Shown piece after piece: positions 7,113 through 16,078 of a stretch of DNA of 16,101 nucleotides. The DNA lies in contig JBBQSO010000107.1 of the NCBI GenBank assembly GCA_038213805.1, positions 1 to 16,101 of the forward strand, written 5' to 3'. The number at the start of each line of letters is the position of its first letter. Within the stretch, counting starts at the first letter, position 1. The position numbers and the translations under genes were made by a program. The DNA is from Planctomycetota bacterium. Lineage in GTDB: Bacteria; Planctomycetota; UBA11346. Below the pieces are notes generated by a model. That model did no database searches. It was not told the DNA's origin and saw only the letters and a program-made list of their open reading frames with translations.

Positions 7113-9520
7113 GGGACCTCCGCGCCGGAGACGGCGTAGGGATAGCCGGGGATCTTCGCGATGCCGGTGCACTCGAAATCGGCGTCGCCTTTTTCGCCCA
7201 GGCCGCCGAACAGCGGCTCGTACCACGGCGTCAGGGGGCGGAACAGGTAGTTGACCACCTGGCGGCCCTTGAAGTCGGCGATCGAGATGACGTCGGCCCA
7301 GCGCGCGTCCATCGGCTCGACCGCGACGGGATCGATGAGCCGCTTGTCACGCAGCGTCTTGATCGGCACGAGGGTGTTGCCGACCACCTTCACCCAGTGC
7401 ACCGAGCGGTCGCCGCGGCTGGTGACGAAGAACGAGTTCGCCGGACCGAGGTTGTGCTGGCCGAGCCCGAAGCCGGTCGGGTTGCGCCCGATGCGCAGCA
7501 CGCCCACCGGCGCGATCGGCCCGGCCTTGGCGCCGGCCAGGCCCAGCTGGCCGACCTCCATCAGCACCAGCTTGCCGTCCATGGTCGCGATCACCGCCTT
7601 GCTGCCAAAGCCCGGGTCGCCGTCCTTGTAGCCGTTCATCACCGCGGTCGGCTGCTCGATGGCGATGGTCGCGACCACCTTCGGCTTCGCGTGCGGCGCG
7701 GCGGCGAAGGTGAAGGGCCACTCCTTGGCCTCGGGGCCCGGCTTCTCGGTGACCGCGAAGAGCTTGTCCGCACCGAGGCGGTTGGCGCGCACCCACTGGA
7801 AGAGCGGGGCGAGGTCGATGAAGCAGGCGCGGTTCTCGGCGCGCGAGATGACCACGGCGAAGCCGCGCGTCGCCGCGACCGCGGGATCGTCCTGCATCTT
7901 GGCGCGCTTGCCGGCGTCGTGGATGTCCGCGTTCTCGATCTCCTTGCCGAAGGGTGAGTCGCTGCCGGCGCAGATGCCGCTTGGGCAGCGCAGATCCTTG
8001 GGCAGGTCGATGAACCCGAGCAGCTTCATGTCGCTGAAGAAGCCGTTGGTCGGCTGCATCCAGTTGATGGTCTTCATGGCGATGACCGCAACCTGGCCCT
8101 TCAGCGTGTTGACGTCCCACACCGTGATCAGGGCGAACTCCGCGGAGTTGGTCATCGCCACCGCGGTCGGCACCTTGCCGGGGGGCAGCTGCAGGGGCTT
8201 GCCGGGATCGCCGCTGTTGCCGCTGCCGTTGTAGGTGATCAGCCCGTTGCGGAAGGCGATCACGCCGTTGTTGGCCCAGCACGCCTCGGCGCGGCCGATG
8301 GCGGTGGCGGTGCGCACCAGGTCCTTGCCCGACGCGGCGGTGAAGGCCGGCGTGGTGATGCTGGGATCGGGCAGCCCGCTCCACCACTGCCCGCCGTCCT
8401 TGGTGTCGATGCACGGCTTGAGCAGGTAGACGTGCCAGAACTTCGCCGCGCCATGGTTCTCGTGGTAGGACCAGATGAAGGTCATGCGGTCGATGCCGGG
8501 ATCGCTGGGCTTGTCCGGCGCGAACAGCACTTGGCCGCCGTGGCCGGTCCAGTCGACCGCCTTGGTGCCCTTCTCCTTCCACACGTATTCGCCGTCGGGA
8601 TGGCGCAGCAGGATCTCCGGGAAGGCGGCACCGCCCGTCGTGCTCGCGGGCGACTTGTCGTCCGGGTTCTTGTCGTCGGGCTTCTTCTCCGGCGCCGCCT
8701 TGGCCGCGCCGCCGTGGAAGGCGCTCCACGCGGGCCCCAGGCGGTGGTCGACATCCGGCGTGTCGACACTGGCGCAGGCGCGCACGTACGCGCCGCGCAC
8801 GATGGTACCGTCCTTGGCGAACAGCGCCTTGTCCCAGGCCGCCACCGTGGTCGGGGCCGCGGCTTCGTCCGCGCCCGCAAGCGCGGCGAGGGCGTCAGCG
8901 ACATCGAGCGATTCCGGGGCTGCGTTGGCCGCTTCGGGCTGGTCGCCTTTCTGCGGGCGGTCGGCGGGCTTGTCTGCGCTCGTGTCCGCAGCCTTTTCCG
9001 TGCTTCGGCCCGCCGCCTTGTCCGCCGCGGCGGGCGTCGCGGCGCTGGCCACGGTCGCGGCCGGGGCGACGGTGGAAGCCAGTTCCGGAGCGCGCACGCG
9101 CAGGCGGTCGAGCCGGTCGCCGAAGGCGTGGTCGCGCGGCGTCAGTCGGGCGGCGGTGCGCAGCCACGCCGCGACCAGCGCGTCATCAGCGGCGTCGATG
9201 GTCGGCGCGGCCAGCGCCACCAGCGCCGCGGCGTCGAGCACGCGCCACGGCAGCACGGCGTCGAAATCGCGCGCGTGCAGGTGGGTGCTGGCCGCGTCCG
9301 CCGCGAGCATGACCACGTTCTGGTGCGGTGTGCCGAGCAGCACCACGACCTCGGCCGGCGCCGCATCGGCACCGGCGTGCGTCTGCAGGTGCTGGCGGAG
9401 CGCCGCGGCATCGTCCTCGGCGCCGGTCACCCGCGCGAGCGCAGCAAGGGTCAGCAGCGCCAGCGTCGCCAGCACCTGGCGCGCCTGCGCCAGCCGGCCC
9501 GGCTGAGACCGCGCGCTCAT
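7109..9520 (-). CDS. Secreted hypothetical protein (803 aa): small N-terminal domain, Ala/Pro/Lys/Asp-rich linker, large C-terminal probable beta-propeller (YVTN-like)
   Basis: ATGA overlap with the regulator stop. Signal peptide (VLATLALLTLAALARVTGA). Repeated blade-like strands: PTAVAMTNSAEFALITVWD, FAVVISRAENRACFIDL, IGRNPTGF, FFVTSRGDRSVHWV, ISIADFKGRQVVNY. The fold is an inference. Confidence 0.8.
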   Translation of the reverse strand: MSARSQPGRLAQARQVLATLALLTLAALARVTGAEDDAAALRQHLQTHAGADAAPAEVVVLLGTPHQNVVMLAADAASTHLHARDFDAVLPWRVLDAAALVALAAPTIDAADDALVAAWLRTAARLTPRDHAFGDRLDRLRVRAPELASTVAPAATVASAATPAAADKAAGRSTEKAADTSADKPADRPQKGDQPEAANAAPESLDVADALAALAGADEAAAPTTVAAWDKALFAKDGTIVRGAYVRACASVDTPDVDHRLGPAWSAFHGGAAKAAPEKKPDDKNPDDKSPASTTGGAAFPEILLRHPDGEYVWKEKGTKAVDWTGHGGQVLFAPDKPSDPGIDRMTFIWSYHENHGAAKFWHVYLLKPCIDTKDGGQWWSGLPDPSITTPAFTAASGKDLVRTATAIGRAEACWANNGVIAFRNGLITYNGSGNSGDPGKPLQLPPGKVPTAVAMTNSAEFALITVWDVNTLKGQVAVIAMKTINWMQPTNGFFSDMKLLGFIDLPKDLRCPSGICAGSDSPFGKEIENADIHDAGKRAKMQDDPAVAATRGFAVVISRAENRACFIDLAPLFQWVRANRLGADKLFAVTEKPGPEAKEWPFTFAAAPHAKPKVVATIAIEQPTAVMNGYKDGDPGFGSKAVIATMDGKLVLMEVGQLGLAGAKAGPIAPVGVLRIGRNPTGFGLGQHNLGPANSFFVTSRGDRSVHWVKVVGNTLVPIKTLRDKRLIDPVAVEPMDARWADVISIADFKGRQVVNYLFRPLTPWYEPLFGGLGEKGDADFECTGIAKIPGYPYAVSGAEVP

Positions 9521-10584
9521 GACGGCACCTCGTCTTCAAAGCGCGCCGGCACGCGCGTCTCCATGCGCGGCGGCAGGCCGGCGCGCTGCTCGTCGAGCCG
9601 CTCGAGGCAGCCGCGCAGCACCTCGCGCGCATCAAAGCCGAGACGGCGGATGGGCAGCATGCTCGGCGTCGGCCACGGGAAGTTGCAGTGCCCGATCACC
9701 GGCAGGTCCGCGGGCACGCGCACGCCGGCGGCGGCCACGCCCGCCATCGCGTGCTCGACCAGGTTGTCGTCGGTGATCAGCAGCGCGTCGGGACGCCGGC
9801 CGTCCGGCCCGCTGACCAGCAGCTGCGCGCAGTTGCGCGCCCACGGCGCGCCGGCCGGGTCGATGGCCTGCATCAGGCGCGGATCGCCGTCCATGCCGCG
9901 CCGCACCAGGCCGGCGCGCAGGTGGTCATTGGCGTAGCCGGGCGTGGTCAGCACCGCGATGCGGCGGTGACCCTGGGCTGCGAACTCGTCCAGCGCGCGG
10001 TCGTCGAAAGATGACATGTCGGGGTAGAGCGCAGGCAGCCCGGGCAGGGGCGGGCCGAGCATGATCGACACGCACGGGATGCGCGGCTCGGCGAGGATGG
10101 GCGTCCCCGCCAGTCCGCCCGGCGGCGACGCGAGGATGATGCCCGCCAGGCGCAGCGCGCGCACGTCATGCAGCAGCTCCGCGAAGGCGCGGTTGTCGGG
10201 GTGCGCGACGGTGTCGGGGAAGCACACCAGTTCGCGCTCGCCACCCTGGCTGAGGACGCTCGCCTCGCGGTGAAGGGCGTGCCAGAAGCGCGACCAGCGC
10301 GACACCGGTTCGGGGAAGAGCAGGGCGAAGCGGTGGAGGTGCGGCGGGCGTTCGACCACGAAGGTCCCGGCGCGGCCGTTGGCGATGATGAAACCGTCGG
10401 CGAGGAGCTGGTCGAAGACCCGCTGAATGGTGTCGCGGCTGACGCTGAACTCCTCCTGGAGATCATCACGGCGCGGGAAGCGCGCGCTCGGCGGCAGATC
10501 GCCGGTGAGCATGCGCTGGCGCAGGACGCGCTCGATTTCGAGCTGCTTCAGGGGCGGACGGGTGACGAAGGAACGGGACACCAT
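9517..10584 (-). CDS. GntR-family transcriptional regulator with C-terminal LacI-type sugar-binding domain (AraR-like architecture), 355 aa
   Basis: Winged HTH: LRQRMLTGDLPPSARFPRRDDLQEEFSVSRDTIQRVFDQLLADGFI...GRAGTFV. LacI-type effector domain: RPDALLITDD...GVRVPADLPVIG. AGGA lies just upstream of the ATG. Confidence 0.93.
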   Translation of the reverse strand: MVSRSFVTRPPLKQLEIERVLRQRMLTGDLPPSARFPRRDDLQEEFSVSRDTIQRVFDQLLADGFIIANGRAGTFVVERPPHLHRFALLFPEPVSRWSRFWHALHREASVLSQGGERELVCFPDTVAHPDNRAFAELLHDVRALRLAGIILASPPGGLAGTPILAEPRIPCVSIMLGPPLPGLPALYPDMSSFDDRALDEFAAQGHRRIAVLTTPGYANDHLRAGLVRRGMDGDPRLMQAIDPAGAPWARNCAQLLVSGPDGRRPDALLITDDNLVEHAMAGVAAAGVRVPADLPVIGHCNFPWPTPSMLPIRRLGFDAREVLRGCLERLDEQRAGLPPRMETRVPARFEDEVPS

Positions 10585-10861
10585 TTTTTGTTCCTGGAAT
10601 CTTAGGGATATATAACAGACTCAAATGACGGTCGTTGGCCAGGATGTCGGGAAAAATCAGACATGCCCCGAAATAATAGCCACAACTTTATATGCCATAT
10701 GAGTTTAATCGAATGAGTCCGGGCTGTGGAAGGATCGCCCCTAGAGCCGGATCACTTCACTTCCCGGGTGAATTATTCCCCATCGATCCCGATTTCAGGT
10801 AAACAAAGGACAGCATTCGCGAGTCTTTACCCTGACCATCAGCACCTGACCCGGAGTCGCG
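10585..10861. promoter_or_regulatory. Divergent promoter/operator region
   Basis: 277-bp gap between head-to-head genes, visibly AT-richer than the flanks. Imperfect palindromes: AACT-TT-ATATG-C-CATAT-G-AGTT (10684-10705), TTCAC-N7-GTGAA (10756-10772) and TCAGGTAAA...TTTACCCTGA (10795-10835). Exact promoter boxes not assigned. Confidence 0.7.
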
Positions 10862-13800
10862 ATGCCCACCCCCAGTCTACCCCGGATTCCCTCCACCCGT
10901 CAGGGCGTCCTGGCTGCGCTGCTGTGCTCCTCCCTGGCCGCGCTCGCGCCCGCCCACGCCACGGAGACGGAACACCTCGGCCTGCGCGTGCTGCCCGCCG
11001 CCACGTCCCCGGTGATCGATGGCGATGCCGCGGACTGGGACCTCTCCGGTGGCATCTTCGCCTGCGGCGACGTCGAGAACCAGCGCGAGCAGTTCGCGAT
11101 GTGGGCGCATGCGGCCTGGGACGCGGACCACCTCTACCTGCTGGCGCGCTTCCGCGACCCCACGCCGCTCAACAACCCCGGCCAGGTGGAGGGCGATTAC
11201 GGCTTCGCCGGCGACTCCCTGCAGTTCCGCGTGATCGTCGGCAGCGGCGACCAGGCGCGCGGTTCGCACTGGACGTGCTGGCGCGGTCGCGACGGCAAGA
11301 CCATCATGGACGTGGCCTATGGCGTGAAGTTTGACCAGGGCGCGCTCAAGGACGCGCAGACCAAAGGCGCGCAGCAGGGTTTCAAGATCGCCGCCGACCG
11401 CAGCGGCTACGCGCAGGAGATCGCCATCCCCTGGGCGCTGATCGCGCCCGCCGGCTTCAAGCCCTCCGCCGGCGCGGCCATCCGCCTGACCTTCGAGCCC
11501 AACTTCACGGTCGGCACCAACGGCCGCCTGACGGTGAAGGAGCTGTTCGCGCCCGGCCAGCAGGTCGACCGCGTGTTCACCTTCATGAGCCCGCAGACCT
11601 GGGGCAGCGCCACGCTGGTCGGTGCCGGCGCGGTCGCGCCCGCACCGGTGCGCCTGTCCGACCGCCGCGAATTCGCGGTCCACCTCGACGGCGGCGTGCC
11701 GGTGGTCGATTGGACGGGGCTGGTGAAGCAGAAGACCCTGGCCGGGCACAAAAGAATCGCCTTCACCATGCCGTTCGACGGCTACATCTCGCTCAACATC
11801 CTCGCTGCCGACGGCAGCGTCGCGCGTCAGCTGCTCAACACCGCCTTCTACGCCAAGGGCGCGCACGAGGTGCTGTGGGACGGGCTGACCACCTTCTCGT
11901 GGCGCGATCCCGGTGAGCCGGTGCCGGCCGGCACGTATACGTGGCAGGCGCTGGTCCACCCGGGACTGGGCCTGAGCCTGGTCGGCTGGGCGGCCAACAG
12001 CGGCAGCGCGCCGTGGGACGGCCCGACCGGCAAGGAGAACTGGGGCGGCGATGAGGGCCTGCCGATCTCGGCCGCCAGCGCGGGCGACCGCGTGCTGCTC
12101 GGCTGGAGTTTCGCCGAGGCGGGCAAGGCCATGGTCGCCTGCGACCTCGACGGCGCGGTGCGCTGGAAGCACAGCCGCCAGGGCATGTCCGGCTGCACCC
12201 AGGTCGCCAGCGATGGGAAGTACGTCTTCGGCGTGAATGGCAGCGTCTACCGCATCGCCCTCGCTGATGGCTCCTACGTGCCGTGGCCGGGCCGCGACTC
12301 GCCCGACCTCGCGCCGAAGGACCTGCTCGACAGCGCCCAGCACGCGAAGATCCCCGACGAGATCAGCGCCATCGCCGCGAACGGCGGCACGCTGGTGATC
12401 GCCGTCGCCAAGGGCGACGCCCTGTTGGTGGTCGACGCGGTCAGCGGCGCGCTGCGCAAGGTCGTCAGCGTGCCGGCCGTGACCGCGCTGGCGGCCCGCG
12501 ATGCGACCCACGTCTACGCCAGCAGCAACCACGACGGCGTGGTGCTGGTCGACACGGTCTCGGGCCAGGTCACGCCGTTCGCGGCGGCAAAGGACGTGTG
12601 GGGCCTGGCCTGCGACGCCTCCGGCGTGGTCTACGCGGCCGTGCGCGGCGGCGTGCAGCAGGTGGTGGTGTTCGACGCGGCCGGCAAGCAGGTGCGGGCC
12701 ATCGGCCGCGCGGGCGGTCGCACCCACCTCGGTCCGTGGGACGCGACCGGATTGCGCGATCCGCACGGCATCACCGTGGACGGTCGCGGCCAGCTGTGGG
12801 TCACCGAAGAGCACGGCGCGCCCAAGCGCATCAGCGTGTGGAACGCCGCGACCGGCGCCTTCGTCAAGGAGCTGTTCGGCCCGACCTCTTACGGCGCGCT
12901 CGGCGGCAGCATCAGCCATAAGGACCCGCTGACCATGGCCGGCCTGGGCTGCGAGTGGAAGATCGACGGTGCGAGCGGGCGCGCGACCTGCGTCGGCGTG
13001 ATCGACGACGAGGGCTTCCAGAACAGCCGCTTCGCGACCGGGGCGAATGGCCGGGAATATCTGGTCACCGCCGCCAACTGGGCCTTCGACCTCGGGCCGG
13101 TCAAGGTCTACGAGCGCACGGCACTGGGCGTCTGGAAGCTGCGCGCGATGATCGTTTACCGCGACAAGGACGGCCAGGACCTGACCCTGGCGCACGGCGC
13201 CAAGGGCGAGGACGGCGCCACCACGCGCCTCTGGGCCGACCGCAACGATGACGGCAAGGTCGACGCGGACGAGTTCCTGCCGGCGGTGCCGGGTCTGCTC
13301 AAGGTCAGCGGCTGGTACATGAACATCACGCCCGACCTGACGCTGTACGCGGGCAAGGACCAGTTCCGCACCAGCGGCTTCACATCTTGTGGCGCGCCGT
13401 TGTGGGATCTCACCAAGCCGGTCGTCATGCCGGCCGGCGGCCTGGGTTCGGGCGACGGCAAGCTGGTGCTGGCGCCCGGCGAGTACGGCGTCGCGCATGG
13501 GCGCTTCCGCTGCCTTGACATCGCCACCGGCGCGCAGCGCTGGTGGTACCCCGACACCTTCGTCGGCGTGCACGGCAGCCACAACGCGCCGCCGGCCGAA
13601 GTCGGCATGATCCGCGGCTCGTACGGGCCATGCAGCGCGGTGACCCTGCCGGCGCCGATCGGCGACGCCTGGGTGATCGCCACCAATGTCGGCGAGTGGC
13701 ACATCCTCACCGCGCAGGGCTTCTACCTGGGCCGGCTGTTCGAGCCCGACCAGACCAAGGTCGCCTTCCCGGCGCAGGCGGTGCCGGGCGCGCGTCTCGA

Positions 13801-14713
13801 CGCGGCGCCGTGCGGCATGGGCGGCGAGGACTTCGGTGGCTCGGCGACGGTCGGCGCGGACGGCAGGCTCTACCTGGCGGCCGGCAAGACCGGCTTCTGG
13901 AACGTGCGCGTCGAACACCTCGATCAGGTCAAGCTCCTCACCGGCAGCGCGCCGCTGGTCATCGCCCCAACAGACCTGGCGCTGGCGCAGGGCTTCAAGG
14001 AGGCGGCCATGCAGGCGGTGGTCGGCGTGCAGCGCGTGACCGTGCGCAAGGCCACGCCGACGTTCACCGGCGATATCGCCAAGGATTTCGCCGGCGCGCA
14101 GCTGCTGAGCTACGAGAAGGGCGACAGCACGCGCGTGCGCAGCGCCATCGCCTGGGACGACGCGGCGCTGCACCTCGCCTGGGAAGTGCAGGACCGCACG
14201 CCATGGAGCAACGGCGCGCGCTCCGCCGACGCCCTCTACTGGGGCGGCGACACCGTCGACTTCCAGCTTGGCACCGACGCGGCCGCGCCGGCAGGGCGCG
14301 GCGAGGCGGCGCTGGGCGACCTGCGCCTGTCGATTGGCGCGCTGGCCGGCACCGACACCGCGGTGGTATTCCGCAAGGTCGCCACCGACAAGCACCCGAA
14401 GACCTTCACCTCGGGCGTGGTCAAGGACTACACGATGGACAGCGTGGTGGTCCTGGCGGATACGAAGATCACCGTGACGAAGCGCGGCGACGGCTACACC
14501 GTCGAGGCCACCATCCCGCTCGCCGCCCTCGGCTTCACGCCGCGCGCCGGCCTCACGCTGCGCGGCGATGTCGGCGTCACCTTCGGTGACCAGTCCGGCA
14601 CGCGCACGCGCCTGCGCTCGTACTGGTCGAGCCAGCACACCGGCATCGTCGACGACGTGGTCTACGAACTGATGATGGAGCCGAAGTTCTGGGGCGAGGT
14701 GGAGTTCGAGTGA
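10862..14713 (+). CDS. Large secreted multidomain protein (1283 aa): signal peptide, N-terminal CBM9-like domain, FlgD-type Ig domain, PQQ/NHL-like beta-propeller scaffold, DxNxDG loop, C-terminal CBM9-like domain; paralog of 422-5557
   Basis: GGAG upstream; signal peptide ending APAHA. CBM9-like: PVIDGDAADW...AAWDADHLYL...GDSLQF...GYAQEIAIPW and IAWDDAALHLAWEVQD...GDTVDFQ...GYTVEATIPLAALG. FlgD-Ig: FTMPFDGYISLNILAADGSVARQLL...VLWDG. NHL: LRDPHGITVDGRGQLWVTE. Confidence 0.92.
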   Translation: MPTPSLPRIPSTRQGVLAALLCSSLAALAPAHATETEHLGLRVLPAATSPVIDGDAADWDLSGGIFACGDVENQREQFAMWAHAAWDADHLYLLARFRDPTPLNNPGQVEGDYGFAGDSLQFRVIVGSGDQARGSHWTCWRGRDGKTIMDVAYGVKFDQGALKDAQTKGAQQGFKIAADRSGYAQEIAIPWALIAPAGFKPSAGAAIRLTFEPNFTVGTNGRLTVKELFAPGQQVDRVFTFMSPQTWGSATLVGAGAVAPAPVRLSDRREFAVHLDGGVPVVDWTGLVKQKTLAGHKRIAFTMPFDGYISLNILAADGSVARQLLNTAFYAKGAHEVLWDGLTTFSWRDPGEPVPAGTYTWQALVHPGLGLSLVGWAANSGSAPWDGPTGKENWGGDEGLPISAASAGDRVLLGWSFAEAGKAMVACDLDGAVRWKHSRQGMSGCTQVASDGKYVFGVNGSVYRIALADGSYVPWPGRDSPDLAPKDLLDSAQHAKIPDEISAIAANGGTLVIAVAKGDALLVVDAVSGALRKVVSVPAVTALAARDATHVYASSNHDGVVLVDTVSGQVTPFAAAKDVWGLACDASGVVYAAVRGGVQQVVVFDAAGKQVRAIGRAGGRTHLGPWDATGLRDPHGITVDGRGQLWVTEEHGAPKRISVWNAATGAFVKELFGPTSYGALGGSISHKDPLTMAGLGCEWKIDGASGRATCVGVIDDEGFQNSRFATGANGREYLVTAANWAFDLGPVKVYERTALGVWKLRAMIVYRDKDGQDLTLAHGAKGEDGATTRLWADRNDDGKVDADEFLPAVPGLLKVSGWYMNITPDLTLYAGKDQFRTSGFTSCGAPLWDLTKPVVMPAGGLGSGDGKLVLAPGEYGVAHGRFRCLDIATGAQRWWYPDTFVGVHGSHNAPPAEVGMIRGSYGPCSAVTLPAPIGDAWVIATNVGEWHILTAQGFYLGRLFEPDQTKVAFPAQAVPGARLDAAPCGMGGEDFGGSATVGADGRLYLAAGKTGFWNVRVEHLDQVKLLTGSAPLVIAPTDLALAQGFKEAAMQAVVGVQRVTVRKATPTFTGDIAKDFAGAQLLSYEKGDSTRVRSAIAWDDAALHLAWEVQDRTPWSNGARSADALYWGGDTVDFQLGTDAAAPAGRGEAALGDLRLSIGALAGTDTAVVFRKVATDKHPKTFTSGVVKDYTMDSVVVLADTKITVTKRGDGYTVEATIPLAALGFTPRAGLTLRGDVGVTFGDQSGTRTRLRSYWSSQHTGIVDDVVYELMMEPKFWGEVEFE

Positions 14714-14837
14714 AGGTGGCTGAAGGCGGGCAACGCTCGCGAAGGCGCGTTCGGCGATTGTAGCGCACGCGAGGTGCGCACCATGGGCTTGGGCAGCCCC
14801 GACCGCGACAACCGGCGGTCGTTCAGCTCCCCGCCGC

Positions 14838-15935
14838 ATGCCCGACCCCAACCCACCAGAACCATCCGCTTCCGCCGCCCCCCGCACTCGCAAGCAGGAC
14901 GCGGTGATCCATGCGCTGCGCCGCGGCATCGCCGACGGCACCTGGGCGCCCGGTTCGCGGTTGCCGACGCGCGAGGAACTGCAGGTGCGCTTCGGCGTCG
15001 CCAGCGTGACCCTGCAACGCGCCCTCGATCGGCTGAGCGCGGACGGCTTCATCGCGGCGCGCGGCCGCCAGGGCACCTTCGTCGTCGACCACCCCGCGGC
15101 GGCGGTGCGCTATGGGCTGGTCCTGCCGGCGCTGGTCGCCCCGGCCCAGGTGCGCTTCTGGACGGCGCTGGCGCACGAGGCCGAGGCGCTGGCGCGCGCC
15201 GCCGCGCCGCGCCGGATCAGCGTCTATCAGGACGTCGACGGGCGCGTCGACGCGCCGGACCACCTGCGCCTGGTCAGCGATCTGCGCCACGACCGCCTCG
15301 CCGGGCTGGTGTTCGCGGTCAATCCCTTCGCCCTGGTGCGCACGCCGGTGATCACCCGGCCAGGCGTGCCGCGCATCGCCATCATGGACGCGCCCAGCCC
15401 GCCGGTCGCCGCTGCAGCCTTGGACGAGGCCGGCTTCATCGCCAAGGCGCTCGACTTCTTCAGTGCGCGGCGCCGCACGCGCGTGGCGGTGCTGTCGGTG
15501 CCCGGGCTCGAAGGGGGTTTCCGCAAACGTCTGGAAGGGGCGCTCGCTGAGCGCTGGCTCGAGACCCGGCCGTGGTGGTGGCACACCCTCGACCATGCCT
15601 CGGCCGCCGGCGCCCGCGCTCTGGTGCACCTGCTGATGCACCCTGGCCAGGACGTGCGCCCCGACGCGCTGTTCATCACCGACGACAACCTAGTCGAGGC
15701 CGCCACCGCCGGCCTGCTGGCCGCGGGCGTGCGCGTGCCCGAGGACGTGGCGGTGGTCGCGCACTGCAACTTCCCCTGGCCGACCGCCGCAGCCACGCCC
15801 GCGCGCCGGCTGGGCTACGACGCGCGCGAGGTGCTGCTGCGCTGCCTGGGGTGGATCGACGCGCAGCGCGCCGGAACGTCGGTGGAGCAGCGCATCCTGC
15901 TGCCGGCGCGCTTCGCGGATGAGCGGGTGAAGTAG
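14838..15935 (+). CDS. Second GntR-family regulator with LacI-type sugar-binding domain, 365 aa; paralog of 9517-10584
   Basis: HTH: LRRGIADGTWAPGSRLPTREELQVRFGVASVTLQRALDRLSADGFI...GRQGTFV. C-terminal RPDALFITDDNLVE...GVRVPEDVAVVAHCNFPWPT...RRLGYDAREVL. Confidence 0.93.
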   Translation: MPDPNPPEPSASAAPRTRKQDAVIHALRRGIADGTWAPGSRLPTREELQVRFGVASVTLQRALDRLSADGFIAARGRQGTFVVDHPAAAVRYGLVLPALVAPAQVRFWTALAHEAEALARAAAPRRISVYQDVDGRVDAPDHLRLVSDLRHDRLAGLVFAVNPFALVRTPVITRPGVPRIAIMDAPSPPVAAAALDEAGFIAKALDFFSARRRTRVAVLSVPGLEGGFRKRLEGALAERWLETRPWWWHTLDHASAAGARALVHLLMHPGQDVRPDALFITDDNLVEAATAGLLAAGVRVPEDVAVVAHCNFPWPTAAATPARRLGYDAREVLLRCLGWIDAQRAGTSVEQRILLPARFADERVK

Positions 15936-15948
15936 GGGGCTTGAGGTT

Positions 15949-16078
15949 CCCAGGGCTGACGCCCTACCCATTACCCACAAGTCAGCAGGACGTTCGGCAG
16001 GTCACGGGGGACATCGTGGCTGTCTGCCCAGAGCGCCAACGGCGCGGCCAGAGGACCAGCCCAGGGCGAAGCCCTGGG
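15949..16078. repeat. REP-like palindromic elements (may also act as terminator hairpins)
   Basis: CCCAGGGC-TGAC-GCCCT (15949-15965), GCGCC-AAC-GGCGC (16033-16045) and a perfect CCCAGGGC-GAA-GCCCTGGG (16060-16078) just downstream of the regulator stop. Confidence 0.65.

Noticed and set aside
10726..11334. 202-aa plus-strand ORF and the many other short Arg/Ala/Pro-rich ORFs
   Set aside because: Alternative-frame products overlapping well-supported genes, with composition typical of GC-rich non-coding frames.
10877..15076. 1399-aa minus-strand ORF
   Set aside because: Antisense shadow of the 1283-aa gene and the second regulator; no domain features.
9517..15935. Invertible segment bounded by the two oppositely oriented regulator genes
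   Set aside because: Only short stretches of DNA identity, explained by protein conservation; no recombinase in the window.
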